From: Spirochaetia bacterium | GTDB taxonomy: Bacteria > Spirochaetota > Spirochaetia > UBA9216 | DNA: 64,000 nucleotides | Reading direction: 5' to 3' | Assembly: GCA_963675665.1 (NCBI GenBank) | Contig: OY776510.1 | Span: 3,680,001-3,744,000, forward strand | Shown here: positions 31,223 through 42,464 of the stretch, in pieces | Position numbering within the stretch: the stretch's first letter is position 1 | How the letters are laid out: each line of letters begins with the position of its first letter | The notes under the pieces: model-generated | What the model was told of the DNA's origin: nothing | Database searches by the model: none | Seen by the model: only the letters and a program-made list of their open reading frames with translations | Program-made: the position numbers and the translations under genes

Positions 31223-33061
31223 ATGCACCGAACATTACAGGAAGTTTATGCTGAATGTCTGAAACAATTCACCGGAGCGGACGGCCGGGAGGGCCTTGGC
31301 GGAGCTCCGTTGAAGACCGCAACAAAAGGCAGTCTTGCTGAAAAAACAGCCTTGATTCTTACTGCAATGATGGAAGACAAGCCGTTTCCTTCCGGTATTC
31401 CGGAACAATCCGCTATAGGAACATTTTTCAATCTTGTTAAAGATGACTTTATAAAACTATATTCAAAAACTGAATACGCTGACTTCCTGAATGAACGTGC
31501 TGAAATCATATTTAAATCTGAAAATCCTGTTGAAAGGGCAAAAGCTGTTTCAGAACTTTGGCTTCCGGATTTAACAATAGACGATGACAGAATCTTCTCA
31601 GCCTGGAAGCTTTCGGAAGCAGTACCCAACCAAAGCCCGTACCGGCCCGAAGAAGTCCTGATTCAGCTGAATGCTCTTTATGCGCCCTGCGGAGATACGG
31701 CTCCGGGCTGGATATCACCTGAACTGGCAGCCGAATACCAAAGTTATTTCGAATCTGCACCCGAAAAAATTGCCGTATATGACCATCCGGTTCCGGTTTT
31801 CAGCCGAGGGAAATCTCATGAACTGGAAAACTGTCTTATTGAACTCAACAGCGATATAGGATATGAAAAGCAGTGCGGGGTATTTCCTGAAAACCTCAGG
31901 CTGCCGGTACTTATATCTATTTCAACCACCCATGCAGGACTGGACAGGATTTGTGAGAAATGGCTCGGAACAACTATAAACGACTTTAACCTGGACAACC
32001 TTGACTGTTTCCTTCTTTCCGAGAACAAAGCCGAATCGCTCCGGGACATTCTCGGAAGTGCTGCCGGTATTTTTACAGTACAGGGTGAATATGCCTGCCA
32101 TTTCGGAGCGCTCAAGTACGCCCAATTAATCTTTGAGAAAGCATACGGCATAAGAGCGGGTTTCAAGCTTGATACCGATGAAGGCATTCACTCACAGGAT
32201 TTAAAAGAAGCAACCGGCCGAACCTGGCTTGAACACCTCTGCCACCCATTCTGGGGCGGTTCGGCAGTTACTTCGGACAACCGCAGGGTAATGCTTGGAT
32301 TCAATATCGGTGAATATGTAGATTCAAGGGACATGGATAATCTGGGATATGCAACTGCAATCAGAACACCGGAAGTCAAGCTGAAAGAAGACCTTAGGGG
32401 GCCGTTTCTGCTTTTCAATAAAGGTGCCGCCCAGGCCAAGGGAACTGCTTTACTGAACCGTACGGAAAAACTTGAAGATTTTATCTCACACCCCCTCGTA
32501 AAAGGCGGCGGATACGGGGTTGATAACTTCACATTAAAAGCAGCTGTTCCTGTCGGGTTTTCAATGGTCGGCAGGGCTGAAGATCAGCAATTCTATTTTT
32601 CAGCCCTGGGAAGCGGGTTTCGGGGTATATTTAATCCTTTTCTCAGAATAATCCATTACAAGGACTCTGTAGCTGGAGCTGAACATAAAAATGAAGCTGT
32701 CCGAAATGTAGCGGACATCTACCGGATGCTGATTTTCAGGGAAATGATGAAAAACCTTGATGTAATAGATCTGACACGTCCGTTCCCGTCTGTTTATGCT
32801 TCAGAACTTGCGCCGCTTCAGGCATTCATCCTGTGGATATACTTTATCTTTAAGAGTTCTCTGGAAGGAGATGAGGCAACAGCGGAAGTTTACCTGAATG
32901 AAGGCAAAAGCCGGTTAATCCCGCTTCTTTCTGAAATCTCGTGCGGCAAGGTTATGAAGCAATTTAATAAAGAGCGTTCGGATTGGAAATTCTTTATCAA
33001 TTCGGTAATGGATATTTCGGTCGAAGCCGCCCGCAGCTGGACAGAATCACTCAAACTCTGA
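31223..33061 (+). CDS. Hypothetical protein (612 aa), possible GT-A glycosyltransferase-like fold
   Basis: Long ORF with TTGCAT-17-TATACT promoter and RBS; DTD and GRAED motifs; function uncertain. Confidence 0.55.
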   Translation: MHRTLQEVYAECLKQFTGADGREGLGGAPLKTATKGSLAEKTALILTAMMEDKPFPSGIPEQSAIGTFFNLVKDDFIKLYSKTEYADFLNERAEIIFKSENPVERAKAVSELWLPDLTIDDDRIFSAWKLSEAVPNQSPYRPEEVLIQLNALYAPCGDTAPGWISPELAAEYQSYFESAPEKIAVYDHPVPVFSRGKSHELENCLIELNSDIGYEKQCGVFPENLRLPVLISISTTHAGLDRICEKWLGTTINDFNLDNLDCFLLSENKAESLRDILGSAAGIFTVQGEYACHFGALKYAQLIFEKAYGIRAGFKLDTDEGIHSQDLKEATGRTWLEHLCHPFWGGSAVTSDNRRVMLGFNIGEYVDSRDMDNLGYATAIRTPEVKLKEDLRGPFLLFNKGAAQAKGTALLNRTEKLEDFISHPLVKGGGYGVDNFTLKAAVPVGFSMVGRAEDQQFYFSALGSGFRGIFNPFLRIIHYKDSVAGAEHKNEAVRNVADIYRMLIFREMMKNLDVIDLTRPFPSVYASELAPLQAFILWIYFIFKSSLEGDEATAEVYLNEGKSRLIPLLSEISCGKVMKQFNKERSDWKFFINSVMDISVEAARSWTESLKL

Positions 33062-33079
33062 TTTATTTGGAGATTCTGC

Positions 33080-34864
33080 TTAATATCCCAGGTATTCACG
33101 TATCCTTTCTATAAAAACAGGTCCGTATGCCGACAGTTTGTGATCTCCCACACCATGAACTCTTAAAAAACTGCAGTTGTCCACGGGTTTTACAATACAC
33201 ATATCTTTCAGACTCTTATCCGAAAAAATTATATAAGGCGGCACATTTTTTTTTGAAGCCAATTCCGCCCGCACCACTTTTAAATATGAAAACATCTTTT
33301 CGTCATATATCCCGGAGCTTCGTTGCTCAGTGTTTAATTCCGCTGCCTTTTTCTCCTTCCTGATAATGAAAAAAGGTTTGCGGCCGTACAGTATCTCATA
33401 ACCTTTTGGAGTCAGTTTAACCGCATTGTAGGATTCGGAATCCTGGACAATTGCTTCCTGCCTTATCAAGTCGTCAACTATGCTTCTCCACCACTTTTTG
33501 GATTTTTCAGCGCCGGCTCCCCATGTTTTCAGTTTGTCATGATTGAATTTTCTGATTTTCTCGGTATCTGCGCCGCTGACAACATCAATTACATGCATTA
33601 TTCCAAAACGCTCGCCAGTCCTTACCGCTGCCGACATTATCTTCTGAGCGTCTTCCGTTGCATTCACTTTTTCAATCTGATCTGTGCATATATCACAGAA
33701 CCCGCAATTATCAGAAGCTTTTTCATCAAAATACTCAAGTAACTGCTTTCTTCGACATACATTTACCGATGCAAAAACAGACATCCTTCTTAGATTATCC
33801 GCTGCTTTCTTCTTCTCTTTATTATCCTTCATATTATCTATGTGATACTGAATCTTCATAATATCGCCTGTGCTGTACAGCAGAAGACATTGCGATGCAG
33901 AACCGTCTCGCCCGGCCCTTCCGGTTTCCTGATAATATCCTTCCATGCTGCGGGGAAGATCTCCGTGTATGATAAACCTGATGTTATTTTTGTTTATGCC
34001 CATTCCGAAAGCAATAGTTGCACATATTACGTCAATTCTGTCCCTGTTGAAAAGCTCCTGATTGGTGCGTCGAACTTCCGCGGACAGCCCGGCATGATAC
34101 GGCAGCGCTTTTATACCCCGCCCCGACAGATATTCAGCGGTTTTTTCAACATCTTTTCTTGATGTCCTGTAAACAATTCCGGCCTGTCCGCCGTGATCAC
34201 GTATAAAGGCTTCTATCTGTCCCAGCGCCTTGTCTTTTTTTTCCACCCGGTAAAAAAGTTCCGGCCTGTCGAATGAAGCTCTGACTTTCAGCGGGTTTTT
34301 AAGCTTAAGCAGCCGTATAATATCTTTCTGAACATGAAGAGTTGCTGTAGCTGTAAAAGCCGCTACCGGAATTCCCGGAAAGTATTTTTTTATCTTTGAA
34401 AGATTAAGATAATCCGGCCTGAAATCGTGGCCCCATTCCGACAGGCAATGCGCTTCATCAACAGCAAAAAGCCTTATTGGAAGTTTGCCGAGCTTTTCAT
34501 AATAGCCTTCAAGAGATAATCTCTCCGGTGAAAGATAAAGCAGTTTTATCTCTCCGCGGTACAACGAGGAATAAACCGACGATGTTTCTTCCGCAGACAA
34601 AGATGAATTAATAAATGCTGCGGACAGACCGTTTTCGACAGCTTCATCAACCTGGTCTTTCATGAGCGCTACCAGGGGGCTTACTACAATTGTAATACCA
34701 TCGAAAATTATTGAAGGCAATTGGTAGCAAATCGATTTGCCTCCGCCGGTCGGCATTGCGGCAAACACATCCCTTCCGTCAAGTACCGCCTTGATAATAT
34801 TCTCCTGGTTATCCCTGAATTTTTTGTAGCCGAACTGATCTTTTAAAATCTTCTTAAGATTCAT
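33080..34864 (-). CDS. recQ: DNA helicase RecQ
   Basis: MPTGGGKS, VDEAHC.SEWGHDFRP, YYQETGRAGRDG, Zn-RQC, winged helix and HRDC domains. Confidence 0.95.
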   Translation of the reverse strand: MNLKKILKDQFGYKKFRDNQENIIKAVLDGRDVFAAMPTGGGKSICYQLPSIIFDGITIVVSPLVALMKDQVDEAVENGLSAAFINSSLSAEETSSVYSSLYRGEIKLLYLSPERLSLEGYYEKLGKLPIRLFAVDEAHCLSEWGHDFRPDYLNLSKIKKYFPGIPVAAFTATATLHVQKDIIRLLKLKNPLKVRASFDRPELFYRVEKKDKALGQIEAFIRDHGGQAGIVYRTSRKDVEKTAEYLSGRGIKALPYHAGLSAEVRRTNQELFNRDRIDVICATIAFGMGINKNNIRFIIHGDLPRSMEGYYQETGRAGRDGSASQCLLLYSTGDIMKIQYHIDNMKDNKEKKKAADNLRRMSVFASVNVCRRKQLLEYFDEKASDNCGFCDICTDQIEKVNATEDAQKIMSAAVRTGERFGIMHVIDVVSGADTEKIRKFNHDKLKTWGAGAEKSKKWWRSIVDDLIRQEAIVQDSESYNAVKLTPKGYEILYGRKPFFIIRKEKKAAELNTEQRSSGIYDEKMFSYLKVVRAELASKKNVPPYIIFSDKSLKDMCIVKPVDNCSFLRVHGVGDHKLSAYGPVFIERIREYLGY

Positions 34865-34953
34865 GGACGCATTATATCTGCAATTATATTTACAGTATAC
34901 TGCAATCGTCTCATGTGATAATCTTGTTTAATAATTTAATTACAGGAGATATT

Positions 34954-35301
34954 ATGAAAAAAATAGCTTTTTTCGGATTCACCGGTGAACTGATGTGTTT
35001 TGCTCACGCCCTTTTTAATGCGGATGAGATGATAACAAACGGATGGGACGTCAAAGTAGTTTTGGAAGGACAATCAACCGGGCTGATACCGATTCTTGAT
35101 GATGAGAAAAATCCGTTTCGAAGCCTTTATATAAAACTCAGGAACATGCCCGATACTGTTTCCGTCTGCCAGGCCTGCGCTAACAAGATGGGAACGCTTG
35201 AAAATGCAAAATCCCAGAACCTTAAACTTGAAAACAACCTGCTCGGACATCCTTCGATTAAAGATTATATAGACAAAGGTTATCAGATAGTAACAATCTG
35301 A
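34954..35301 (+). CDS. DsrE-like cytoplasmic protein
   Basis: CFAHAL.NA, VVLEG, VCQACA, GHPS..GYQIVT; AGGAG RBS. Confidence 0.75.
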   Translation: MKKIAFFGFTGELMCFAHALFNADEMITNGWDVKVVLEGQSTGLIPILDDEKNPFRSLYIKLRNMPDTVSVCQACANKMGTLENAKSQNLKLENNLLGHPSIKDYIDKGYQIVTI

Positions 35302-35325
35302 CGGTAATAAAGTGTTTAAAAAGTA

Positions 35326-35376
35326 TTGACAGATCCATATTTAGATAATATATTGTGTACTATCTTATTAGAACAC
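35326..35376 (+). promoter_or_regulatory. Sigma70 promoter with GntR/YtrA-like operator
   Basis: TTGACA-17-TATATT followed by GTGTACTA-N6-TAGAACAC palindrome (7/8). Confidence 0.55.
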
Positions 35377-35469
35377 TAATATTGTAACTATGATATTTAT
35401 TCTGCTTATATGAATAAATACTACTGTAAATTGTATGTATAAACGAGATTAAATAAAAAGGACGAAAAT

Positions 35470-36231
35470 ATGAAAAATACGATCAAAAAATGGGCAGGTA
35501 TAATCAGCTCGCCTTCGACAGGATTTGCTACCGTAAATGATGCCACACCGTTTTTCCTGGCGCTGATTATCATACTTATCCTTACATTAGCCTCTTCAGC
35601 TCTTTTACTCCCGGTTCTCGGAAGCGACGGTTACATGAACGCCCTTTCCCGAGCACAGATAAATACACTTAAGGAAAGGGGAACCGTCATGTCTGAGGAT
35701 CAGATAGAGGCGATGCAGAAACAGCTTCAGTCCGACAGTGTCCGTACCATTACCATGGTCAGCGCAACTGCGGGATCTGTAGTAACATATGTTGCTATGC
35801 TTTTTGTATCCGTTCTGCTGATGAAACTGATTCTTCTTATCTTCAGGGAAAAAACTTCATTTAAACTTCTTCTCAGGATAATGATTTTCATCGCACTCAT
35901 TACAGCATTTCAAATGATTGTAAAAAACCTTATAACAGTTCTGACCGATTACGAACGTGTTCTTTCAAGGGTTCAGTATGCTTTAGATCTACAGTATGCC
36001 CTGTCGTCTTCAGTAAGCCTTGCGGCCCTGTTTTCTCCGGCCGGGATGAACCCGTCCCTGTATTATCTTCTCGATGCTTTTACCGATATTTTCAACTGGC
36101 TTTATTACGGTTACCTGTATGCCGGGCTCAGATGGGCAGCAGGACTGAATAAAAGCAAAGCCCTTTCTGTAACAATCGTATCAGCAATTGTAATGATCGG
36201 TATAGGCCTGATTATTACCCTGATAGTTTAA
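35470..36231 (+). CDS. Yip1 family membrane protein
   Basis: IISSPSTGF, five TM helices, DIFNW motif; first gene of exporter operon. Confidence 0.75.
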   Translation: MKNTIKKWAGIISSPSTGFATVNDATPFFLALIIILILTLASSALLLPVLGSDGYMNALSRAQINTLKERGTVMSEDQIEAMQKQLQSDSVRTITMVSATAGSVVTYVAMLFVSVLLMKLILLIFREKTSFKLLLRIMIFIALITAFQMIVKNLITVLTDYERVLSRVQYALDLQYALSSSVSLAALFSPAGMNPSLYYLLDAFTDIFNWLYYGYLYAGLRWAAGLNKSKALSVTIVSAIVMIGIGLIITLIV

Positions 36232-36246
36232 TTTATTAGAGAACAG

Positions 36247-37752
36247 ATGAAAAAGATATTTCTATTAATTTTTTTAACAGCCGTTTCAGCCCGGTTATTC
36301 GCGCTGAACACCCCTGAAATCAATGATTCAGTATTGCAGAACCTTCTTCAGGCCCAACAGCAGAACAGCAGGGCTTATGCTTCAAATGAAGCATTTCTGG
36401 AAACCGGGGCGCTGCAGTACGATATATCCAAATCAGGTCTTTACCCCCAGATTAATCTGGATCTATCGGGAACAGGCTCAAATGCCTTTTATCAGCGCTA
36501 TAAATATGAACCGGACGCCCTGCCCGATACAACCTTTGACATCGAGCTTAATAACAGTTATTTATTTTCAGCCGGTCCGGAGATAAGCATAACCCAGCTT
36601 CTGCCTTCTGCAGGCGTGTTAAGCGGAAGCATAACCGATTCGGTTTCAGCCGCAGGGCTTGAAGAATCCAGCCATCCGGATTTTTATGAAACAAGCGATC
36701 CAAAATATTCGAATGATCTGACCTTTTCATTAGGAGTGTCGCAGCCTTTGTATTTCGGCAATGCATATAAAGCCGGGCTTGTCCAGATTAACGAATCCCG
36801 CGAGATCAACAGGATAACCTACCTGGATAATCGAAACAGCCTGATAATATCGGCTGTCGCAGATTATTACGAATTGATTCAAAAAGCTTATCAACTTGAT
36901 CTTGTGCAGGCGCGCCTGGAAGTCAATTCTGAAAATGAAAAAAAAATGCTTCGCGAACATGAACTCGGCATGTGGACCAGGGCACAGCTTAACTCTGCCG
37001 CCGCAGTAAGGCTTCAATCGGAAGCGGACCTGCTTAAGTCTGAAATGGCATTAACTTCAATACTGGACAGGATTGCAGCGCTTTATGGAATTGTACTTGA
37101 TATGGAATCGACAACACGACAGATAGAGCAGATTTCATTCAGTTTGTCCGATGTTAATCCTGATGATGCTGACATCCTTTCGTCAAGCCCGGCCATACTG
37201 ATTTTTCAGAAAAGAATAATGATTGCAGATTCCGCCGTTACCATTCAGAAAAAAGATTCTGCCATCACCCTCTCGGCAGGCGGAAGTTATACAATTTCAA
37301 ACGGTATAACAGACGAATCCAGCGCTTCGGATAATCTTGTTTTCAGCCTTGGGCTCTCCGTACCGGTTGCTGACGGAAAAGCGTCAGGAAAAAGTATTGA
37401 ATTGAAACAGAAGGAATCTGAAAAACTGCAAAACGATTACGATGATCAACAAAAACGAACCAGGGCCGAACTTCAGACACTTCTGAATAATATCAGCGTC
37501 AGTAAAAGACTTTCAGAAATTTACCGTCTGCAGGAAGAAGCTGCTGCTTTCGATTTGGAAAAAGGCGTGCGGGAACTCGAGCTTGGAGGAATAAGCCAGA
37601 AAGAATTGCTCGATCTTCAAATTAATCTGGAAAATACCAGGCTTACAATGTTGGTCAATAAAATTGAATATAATCTTACGGTTCTTAATATTTACAGACT
37701 TCTCGGCATCGATTTACAAATGCTGACAATGAATCCTTTAGGAGAGAAATAG
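36247..37752 (+). CDS. TolC family outer membrane protein
   Basis: Signal peptide, LYPQINL, SQPLY, SVPV repeats, helical barrel pattern. Confidence 0.85.
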   Translation: MKKIFLLIFLTAVSARLFALNTPEINDSVLQNLLQAQQQNSRAYASNEAFLETGALQYDISKSGLYPQINLDLSGTGSNAFYQRYKYEPDALPDTTFDIELNNSYLFSAGPEISITQLLPSAGVLSGSITDSVSAAGLEESSHPDFYETSDPKYSNDLTFSLGVSQPLYFGNAYKAGLVQINESREINRITYLDNRNSLIISAVADYYELIQKAYQLDLVQARLEVNSENEKKMLREHELGMWTRAQLNSAAAVRLQSEADLLKSEMALTSILDRIAALYGIVLDMESTTRQIEQISFSLSDVNPDDADILSSSPAILIFQKRIMIADSAVTIQKKDSAITLSAGGSYTISNGITDESSASDNLVFSLGLSVPVADGKASGKSIELKQKESEKLQNDYDDQQKRTRAELQTLLNNISVSKRLSEIYRLQEEAAAFDLEKGVRELELGGISQKELLDLQINLENTRLTMLVNKIEYNLTVLNIYRLLGIDLQMLTMNPLGEK

Positions 37753-39060
37753 ATGAACAGAAAAAAAATACTCATCGCAGTTGGTGCGCTTGTGGTCCTG
37801 GCAGTTTTTGTAACAATCAGCATTATAAATAAAAACAGGGAAAAACCGATAGAAGTTGCAGCTTATGAAATTGAGCTTCAGGATTTCATCCGTGAAGTCT
37901 CTGCTAACGGCGATATCAGCTCAAAAGAATATACAAGAATATATGCTGCTGTAGCCGCGTCTGTAGAAAATGTCACTGCAGAAGAAGGAGATTCTGTTCG
38001 GAAAGACCAGGTTTTAATAAGACTTGATCAGGAAAGCCTTGAGAACAATTTAATTAATGCTGAAAATGCTGTTACCAATACAAAAATGGCAGTCAGGGCC
38101 GAACTTCTTAATCTAAGATCCGCCTATTCAAATGCGGTTACTACATTTGCCCAGACCGAACGCGAATGGAAAAGGAAATCTGAACTCTATAAAATTGGTT
38201 CAGTCAGTGACGAGGAATTAAAACTTGTGCAGGAACAGCTTGTTATAGCTGAAGAGAATCTGGATTCTGCCCTTCAGAAACTCAATTTCCGTGAAGGACG
38301 GGAACTTGACGACGACAGGAGCAGTCCTTATTTGTCGGATACGGAAATCGTTAACCGTTCTCCTGAAGTAATAAAGGCGTTGTCCGATTACGATATAAAC
38401 CTGAAAAATCTGAAATATTATGAAATAAAAAGTAAAACGGAAGGAACCCTCACTGCTCTGAATGTAGACAACAACAGCGTAGTTGAACCTGGAATGCTTA
38501 TGGCAGAAATTCATGATGAAGAACAGCTGATTGTTGAAGCGGCGATTGACGAAGTTGACCTGTCTTACATCAAAATTGGGCAGGAGGTTAAAATCACTTC
38601 AGATTCTTTCATTGGAACCGAGATCTCCGGAAAGGTTTCAAAAATTGCGCCCATCATTCGAAAAGTCGGCGATTCAAGGGTATGTGAAATTGAGGTTGAA
38701 CTACTTGAAAACCCCGACAAGGTTGCGCGTATAGGCGCCAGCGCTTCAATTTTTATTATTGTTGACACAAGACTGCAGAAGCCTGCAATACCTGTGGAAG
38801 CATATTTCATTGAGGAAAACCAGAAGTTTATATTTGTTCTTAAACCTGCTGATGACCAGGATCCGGATAATCCGGAATATTTTATTGCCGAACGCAGACA
38901 GATCGAAACCGGCATCCTCGATATTGAAAATATCGAAGTAACTGAAGGGCTTTCAGAAGGAGATTTAATTCTTATCGGCAGAATCCCGGGTGTTGAGGAC
39001 GGCAGCGAAGTCAAAATTATCGCGGAAGATAAGTATGATGAAGAGAACAAAGAAGAATAA
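37753..39060 (+). CDS. Efflux periplasmic adaptor (MacA/HlyD-like)
   Basis: N-terminal TM, EEGDSV.KDQ.L lipoyl half, IDEVDL..IK.GQ, EGLSEGD. Confidence 0.9.
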   Translation: MNRKKILIAVGALVVLAVFVTISIINKNREKPIEVAAYEIELQDFIREVSANGDISSKEYTRIYAAVAASVENVTAEEGDSVRKDQVLIRLDQESLENNLINAENAVTNTKMAVRAELLNLRSAYSNAVTTFAQTEREWKRKSELYKIGSVSDEELKLVQEQLVIAEENLDSALQKLNFREGRELDDDRSSPYLSDTEIVNRSPEVIKALSDYDINLKNLKYYEIKSKTEGTLTALNVDNNSVVEPGMLMAEIHDEEQLIVEAAIDEVDLSYIKIGQEVKITSDSFIGTEISGKVSKIAPIIRKVGDSRVCEIEVELLENPDKVARIGASASIFIIVDTRLQKPAIPVEAYFIEENQKFIFVLKPADDQDPDNPEYFIAERRQIETGILDIENIEVTEGLSEGDLILIGRIPGVEDGSEVKIIAEDKYDEENKEE

Positions 39061-39074
39061 AAGGCTGGATTAAA

Positions 39075-39857
39075 TTGGCTATTATAAAACTTGCTAATAT
39101 AAATAAAATCTACAAAATGGGAAACATCGAAGTGCGTGCGCTCGATAATGTAAGTCTTGAAATTGACGAGCATGAGTTTATCTGCATCATGGGCGCCTCC
39201 GGTTCGGGCAAATCAACCCTGATGAATATCATCGGATGTCTCGATCGTCCTACATCAGGTTCATATCATCTGGACAGTAAAGACGTCTCCAACCTGTCCG
39301 ATCTTGAACTGGCGGCTGTTCGAAATAAAAAGATCGGCTTTGTTTTTCAAACCTTCAATCTTCTTCCCCGAATAAGCGCCAGGCGAAATGTTGAATTACC
39401 GCTTATCTATTCCGGTTATTCTGCCCGTGAAAGGCGGAGCATGGCTGAAGCGGCCCTTGAACGTGTAGAACTTTCAGACAGGGCCGATCATAAACCGAAT
39501 GAACTCTCCGGAGGCCAGAGACAACGTGTTGCAATTGCAAGGGCCCTTGTAAATAATCCGAGTATTATTTTTGCTGATGAGCCGACCGGAAACCTGGACT
39601 CGCGAACCGGACTTACAATTATGTCGCTCTTCCAGAAACTGTATGAACAGGGCGCAACAATTGTAATGGTAACCCATGAAATGGATATTGCCATGTACGG
39701 ACACCGGATAATCCATCTTCGAGACGGGAAAATACACGGCGATGAAGAAGTCAGGGATCGGGCCAATGCGGAACAAACCCTGACCAAACTGGCGGATCTT
39801 AATACACAGAATCTGACCGAAGCAATCAATATTCATAAAACGGAGCAGGGAAAGTGA
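39075..39857 (+). CDS. MacB/LolD-type ABC ATP-binding protein
   Basis: [33 protein letters not shown]. Confidence 0.95.
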   Translation: MAIIKLANINKIYKMGNIEVRALDNVSLEIDEHEFICIMGASGSGKSTLMNIIGCLDRPTSGSYHLDSKDVSNLSDLELAAVRNKKIGFVFQTFNLLPRISARRNVELPLIYSGYSARERRSMAEAALERVELSDRADHKPNELSGGQRQRVAIARALVNNPSIIFADEPTGNLDSRTGLTIMSLFQKLYEQGATIVMVTHEMDIAMYGHRIIHLRDGKIHGDEEVRDRANAEQTLTKLADLNTQNLTEAINIHKTEQGK

Positions 39858-41068
39858 AGTTTACCGAGGGACTTCGCGAGTCCACATCAGTTATCGGCGG
39901 CAATAAAGCCCGATCTTTTCTTACAATATTGGGTATTAATTTCGGAGTCGGCTGTCTCATAGCTATCTCCGTCATCGGACTTGCTTTCAGAGACTCTGTC
40001 GGCAGCGAGATAGGCCGATACGGTTCTACAATGCTCTGGGTCCAGGTTAACTGGCAATCATATGTGGACAATGAAAACAGAACAACCATGGACGGAAGAG
40101 ACATCACCTTTTTTCAACAGACACTTCCCGGCCTGAAATCATCAGGGTCGCTTTTCTCGGACATGTATACTGCAAGCTATATGGGAAATTCCGAAGAAGT
40201 GGAAGTTCTGGGGGTTGCCCCGGGACATTTCGATATGTTTGATATAAATATTGAAGAAGGCCGGCAGTATTATGAACAGGACATCTACCTCAGAAAAAGG
40301 GTATGTGTCCTGAGACCTGATATAGTTTCCAGACTATTCGAAGAAAAAGATCCTGTCGGAAAGACAATCAGGCTTTCAGGAAAAAACTATACGGTCATCG
40401 GGGTTACCGACCGCGTTTCCAATATGTTTCTTTCGGACGGTTCTGATAATAATACTGTCTTCATTCCGGATTATTTTGTAGGCTCAAGGATATGGGGCGG
40501 CAGATATATTAAATACTGGATCTATCTGTTCAAATTCGACTCGATTGAAGACGTGAATATTGCAGAAGAACGTATAGAATCTTACCTTACAAAAAAATAC
40601 GGCCTTATACGCGGCGAGCCCAGGTTCAGAATATCACGGCTTGATTCTTTTGTGGGAATGGTTGATCGGATACTCGGAATAATCACAACCCTGGTTACAG
40701 TTATCGCCGCCATATCAATAGTTGTCGGGGGCCTTGGCATTATGAATATCATGCTTGTGGCCGTTACCGAACGAACCAGGGAAATCGGCATTCGTATGGC
40801 GGTCGGGGCGACAAGGCAGGATATAATAATCCAGTTTGTTATTGAAGCAGTTGTGTTATGCCTGATAGGCGGCGGAACAGGTGTTGTTTTCGGTTCGGTT
40901 CTTGCAGCAGTAGTCTGCAGGATACTGGAGTGGAAGTTTCTTCTTAGTTTCTTTTATGTAGCCGGAGCACTTGCAATTTCAACTTTTATAGGTCTTGTGT
41001 TCGGCATTTACCCGGCATGGAAAGCTTCAAGACTTATGCCTGTTGAAGCTCTCCGCGCGGACATTTAA
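39854..41068 (+). CDS. MacB/FtsX-type ABC permease
   Basis: [34 protein letters not shown]. Confidence 0.9.
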   Translation: MKFTEGLRESTSVIGGNKARSFLTILGINFGVGCLIAISVIGLAFRDSVGSEIGRYGSTMLWVQVNWQSYVDNENRTTMDGRDITFFQQTLPGLKSSGSLFSDMYTASYMGNSEEVEVLGVAPGHFDMFDINIEEGRQYYEQDIYLRKRVCVLRPDIVSRLFEEKDPVGKTIRLSGKNYTVIGVTDRVSNMFLSDGSDNNTVFIPDYFVGSRIWGGRYIKYWIYLFKFDSIEDVNIAEERIESYLTKKYGLIRGEPRFRISRLDSFVGMVDRILGIITTLVTVIAAISIVVGGLGIMNIMLVAVTERTREIGIRMAVGATRQDIIIQFVIEAVVLCLIGGGTGVVFGSVLAAVVCRILEWKFLLSFFYVAGALAISTFIGLVFGIYPAWKASRLMPVEALRADI

Positions 41069-41168
41069 GGAAAAAATTACTTTTTTCCTTTTGAAGTTTG
41101 AAAACTCAAACTTCACATTTTATTCACCGCCCTCCATGGCGGGAATATAGTTTTTTTAAGGAGGATTC

Positions 41169-42416
41169 ATGCGGACATCACGTTCGGTTACAATAGGAAA
41201 TCTCTTCAGGGAAGCCGGTTCGGCCATTATCTCAAATAAATCAAGAACCATACTGACACTTCTGGGAATTGTAATCGGGATTTCTTCAGTCATAACTGTT
41301 ATTGCTGCGGGGGCCGGCGGGCGTTCGATCATCATGAAGGAATTCGAAGGTCTGACTCCGACGACACTCTCAATATATACAAACTGGGAAGCCCGAAGCA
41401 AGAATGCCACTTATAAACCGGATACAATGACCGCCCGGGATATTGAAGATTTAAAGAAATACGCGCCACACCTCACTGCAATTGCGCCAATCCAGCAGAT
41501 GAGAACAATGCTTAAAGTCGGAAATATTGAAAAACAGCTTTCTGTAACAGGGACAACCGAAGCATATATAGAATACGTTGAAGTTGAGCTCCAGTCGGGC
41601 AGAATAATCACTTCAGAAGAAGTACTTCATCAGGAAAAAGTCGCTGTAGTAGGCTCTCTTATCAAAAAAGAGTTTTTTCCTGATTCCGATGCAGTCGGTA
41701 ACTATATTATTGCCTTTGGTGTTCCCGTTAAAATTGTCGGTGTGTTAAAGGAAAAGGAAAAAACCGATACTATTTCAATATCCGACCCTGATTCAAGCTT
41801 CAACAATGCTTTTGTAGTTCCTATCTCATTATTTAAACGTCTGTTCGGCGGGGATGGAAATTACTGGAGCGTTATTGCAAAGGCCACAAGCATCGAAGAT
41901 ATACCAAAAGCACAAAAAGAGACGCTCAACGTTCTTGCACGCAATCATGGCAAATGGGATGATAAAATAGACAAATATACGGTGATGTCGATGAAAGAAC
42001 AGCTTGAGATGATTAATAATGTTGTAACCACTATTACAGTCGGTGTTGCAGTTCTTGCCGGAATTGCCCTGCTGGTTGCAGCTATCGGAATAATGAATAT
42101 TATGCTGGTCTCAGTAAAAGAACGCACCAGGGAAATTGGAATAAGAAAAGCGCTCGGCGCAAGAGAATCAGATATAAGGATTCAATTTCTTGTAGAAACA
42201 CTTATACTCTGCGGCGGCGGAGGGCTCGGCGGCCTCACCGTATCAGTTGCTGCATCAATAATAATCGGGAAACTGGCATCATGGCCGGTTATACTTGATC
42301 CCCAGACGGCAGTAATTGCCGTAGTGCTGTCCCTGCTCACTGGTCTTTTGTCAGGTTTTTATCCGGCAGCAAGAGCGGCCAGGCTTGTTCCTCACGAAGC
42401 ATTGAGATATGAGTAA
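41169..42416 (+). CDS. MacB/FtsX-type ABC permease (second paralog)
   Basis: [39 protein letters not shown]. Confidence 0.9.
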   Translation: MRTSRSVTIGNLFREAGSAIISNKSRTILTLLGIVIGISSVITVIAAGAGGRSIIMKEFEGLTPTTLSIYTNWEARSKNATYKPDTMTARDIEDLKKYAPHLTAIAPIQQMRTMLKVGNIEKQLSVTGTTEAYIEYVEVELQSGRIITSEEVLHQEKVAVVGSLIKKEFFPDSDAVGNYIIAFGVPVKIVGVLKEKEKTDTISISDPDSSFNNAFVVPISLFKRLFGGDGNYWSVIAKATSIEDIPKAQKETLNVLARNHGKWDDKIDKYTVMSMKEQLEMINNVVTTITVGVAVLAGIALLVAAIGIMNIMLVSVKERTREIGIRKALGARESDIRIQFLVETLILCGGGGLGGLTVSVAASIIIGKLASWPVILDPQTAVIAVVLSLLTGLLSGFYPAARAARLVPHEALRYE

Positions 42417-42464
42417 TTTCTTCAGTATGGATTATTTTTAAATTATCCGGTAGATTATTGCCAG

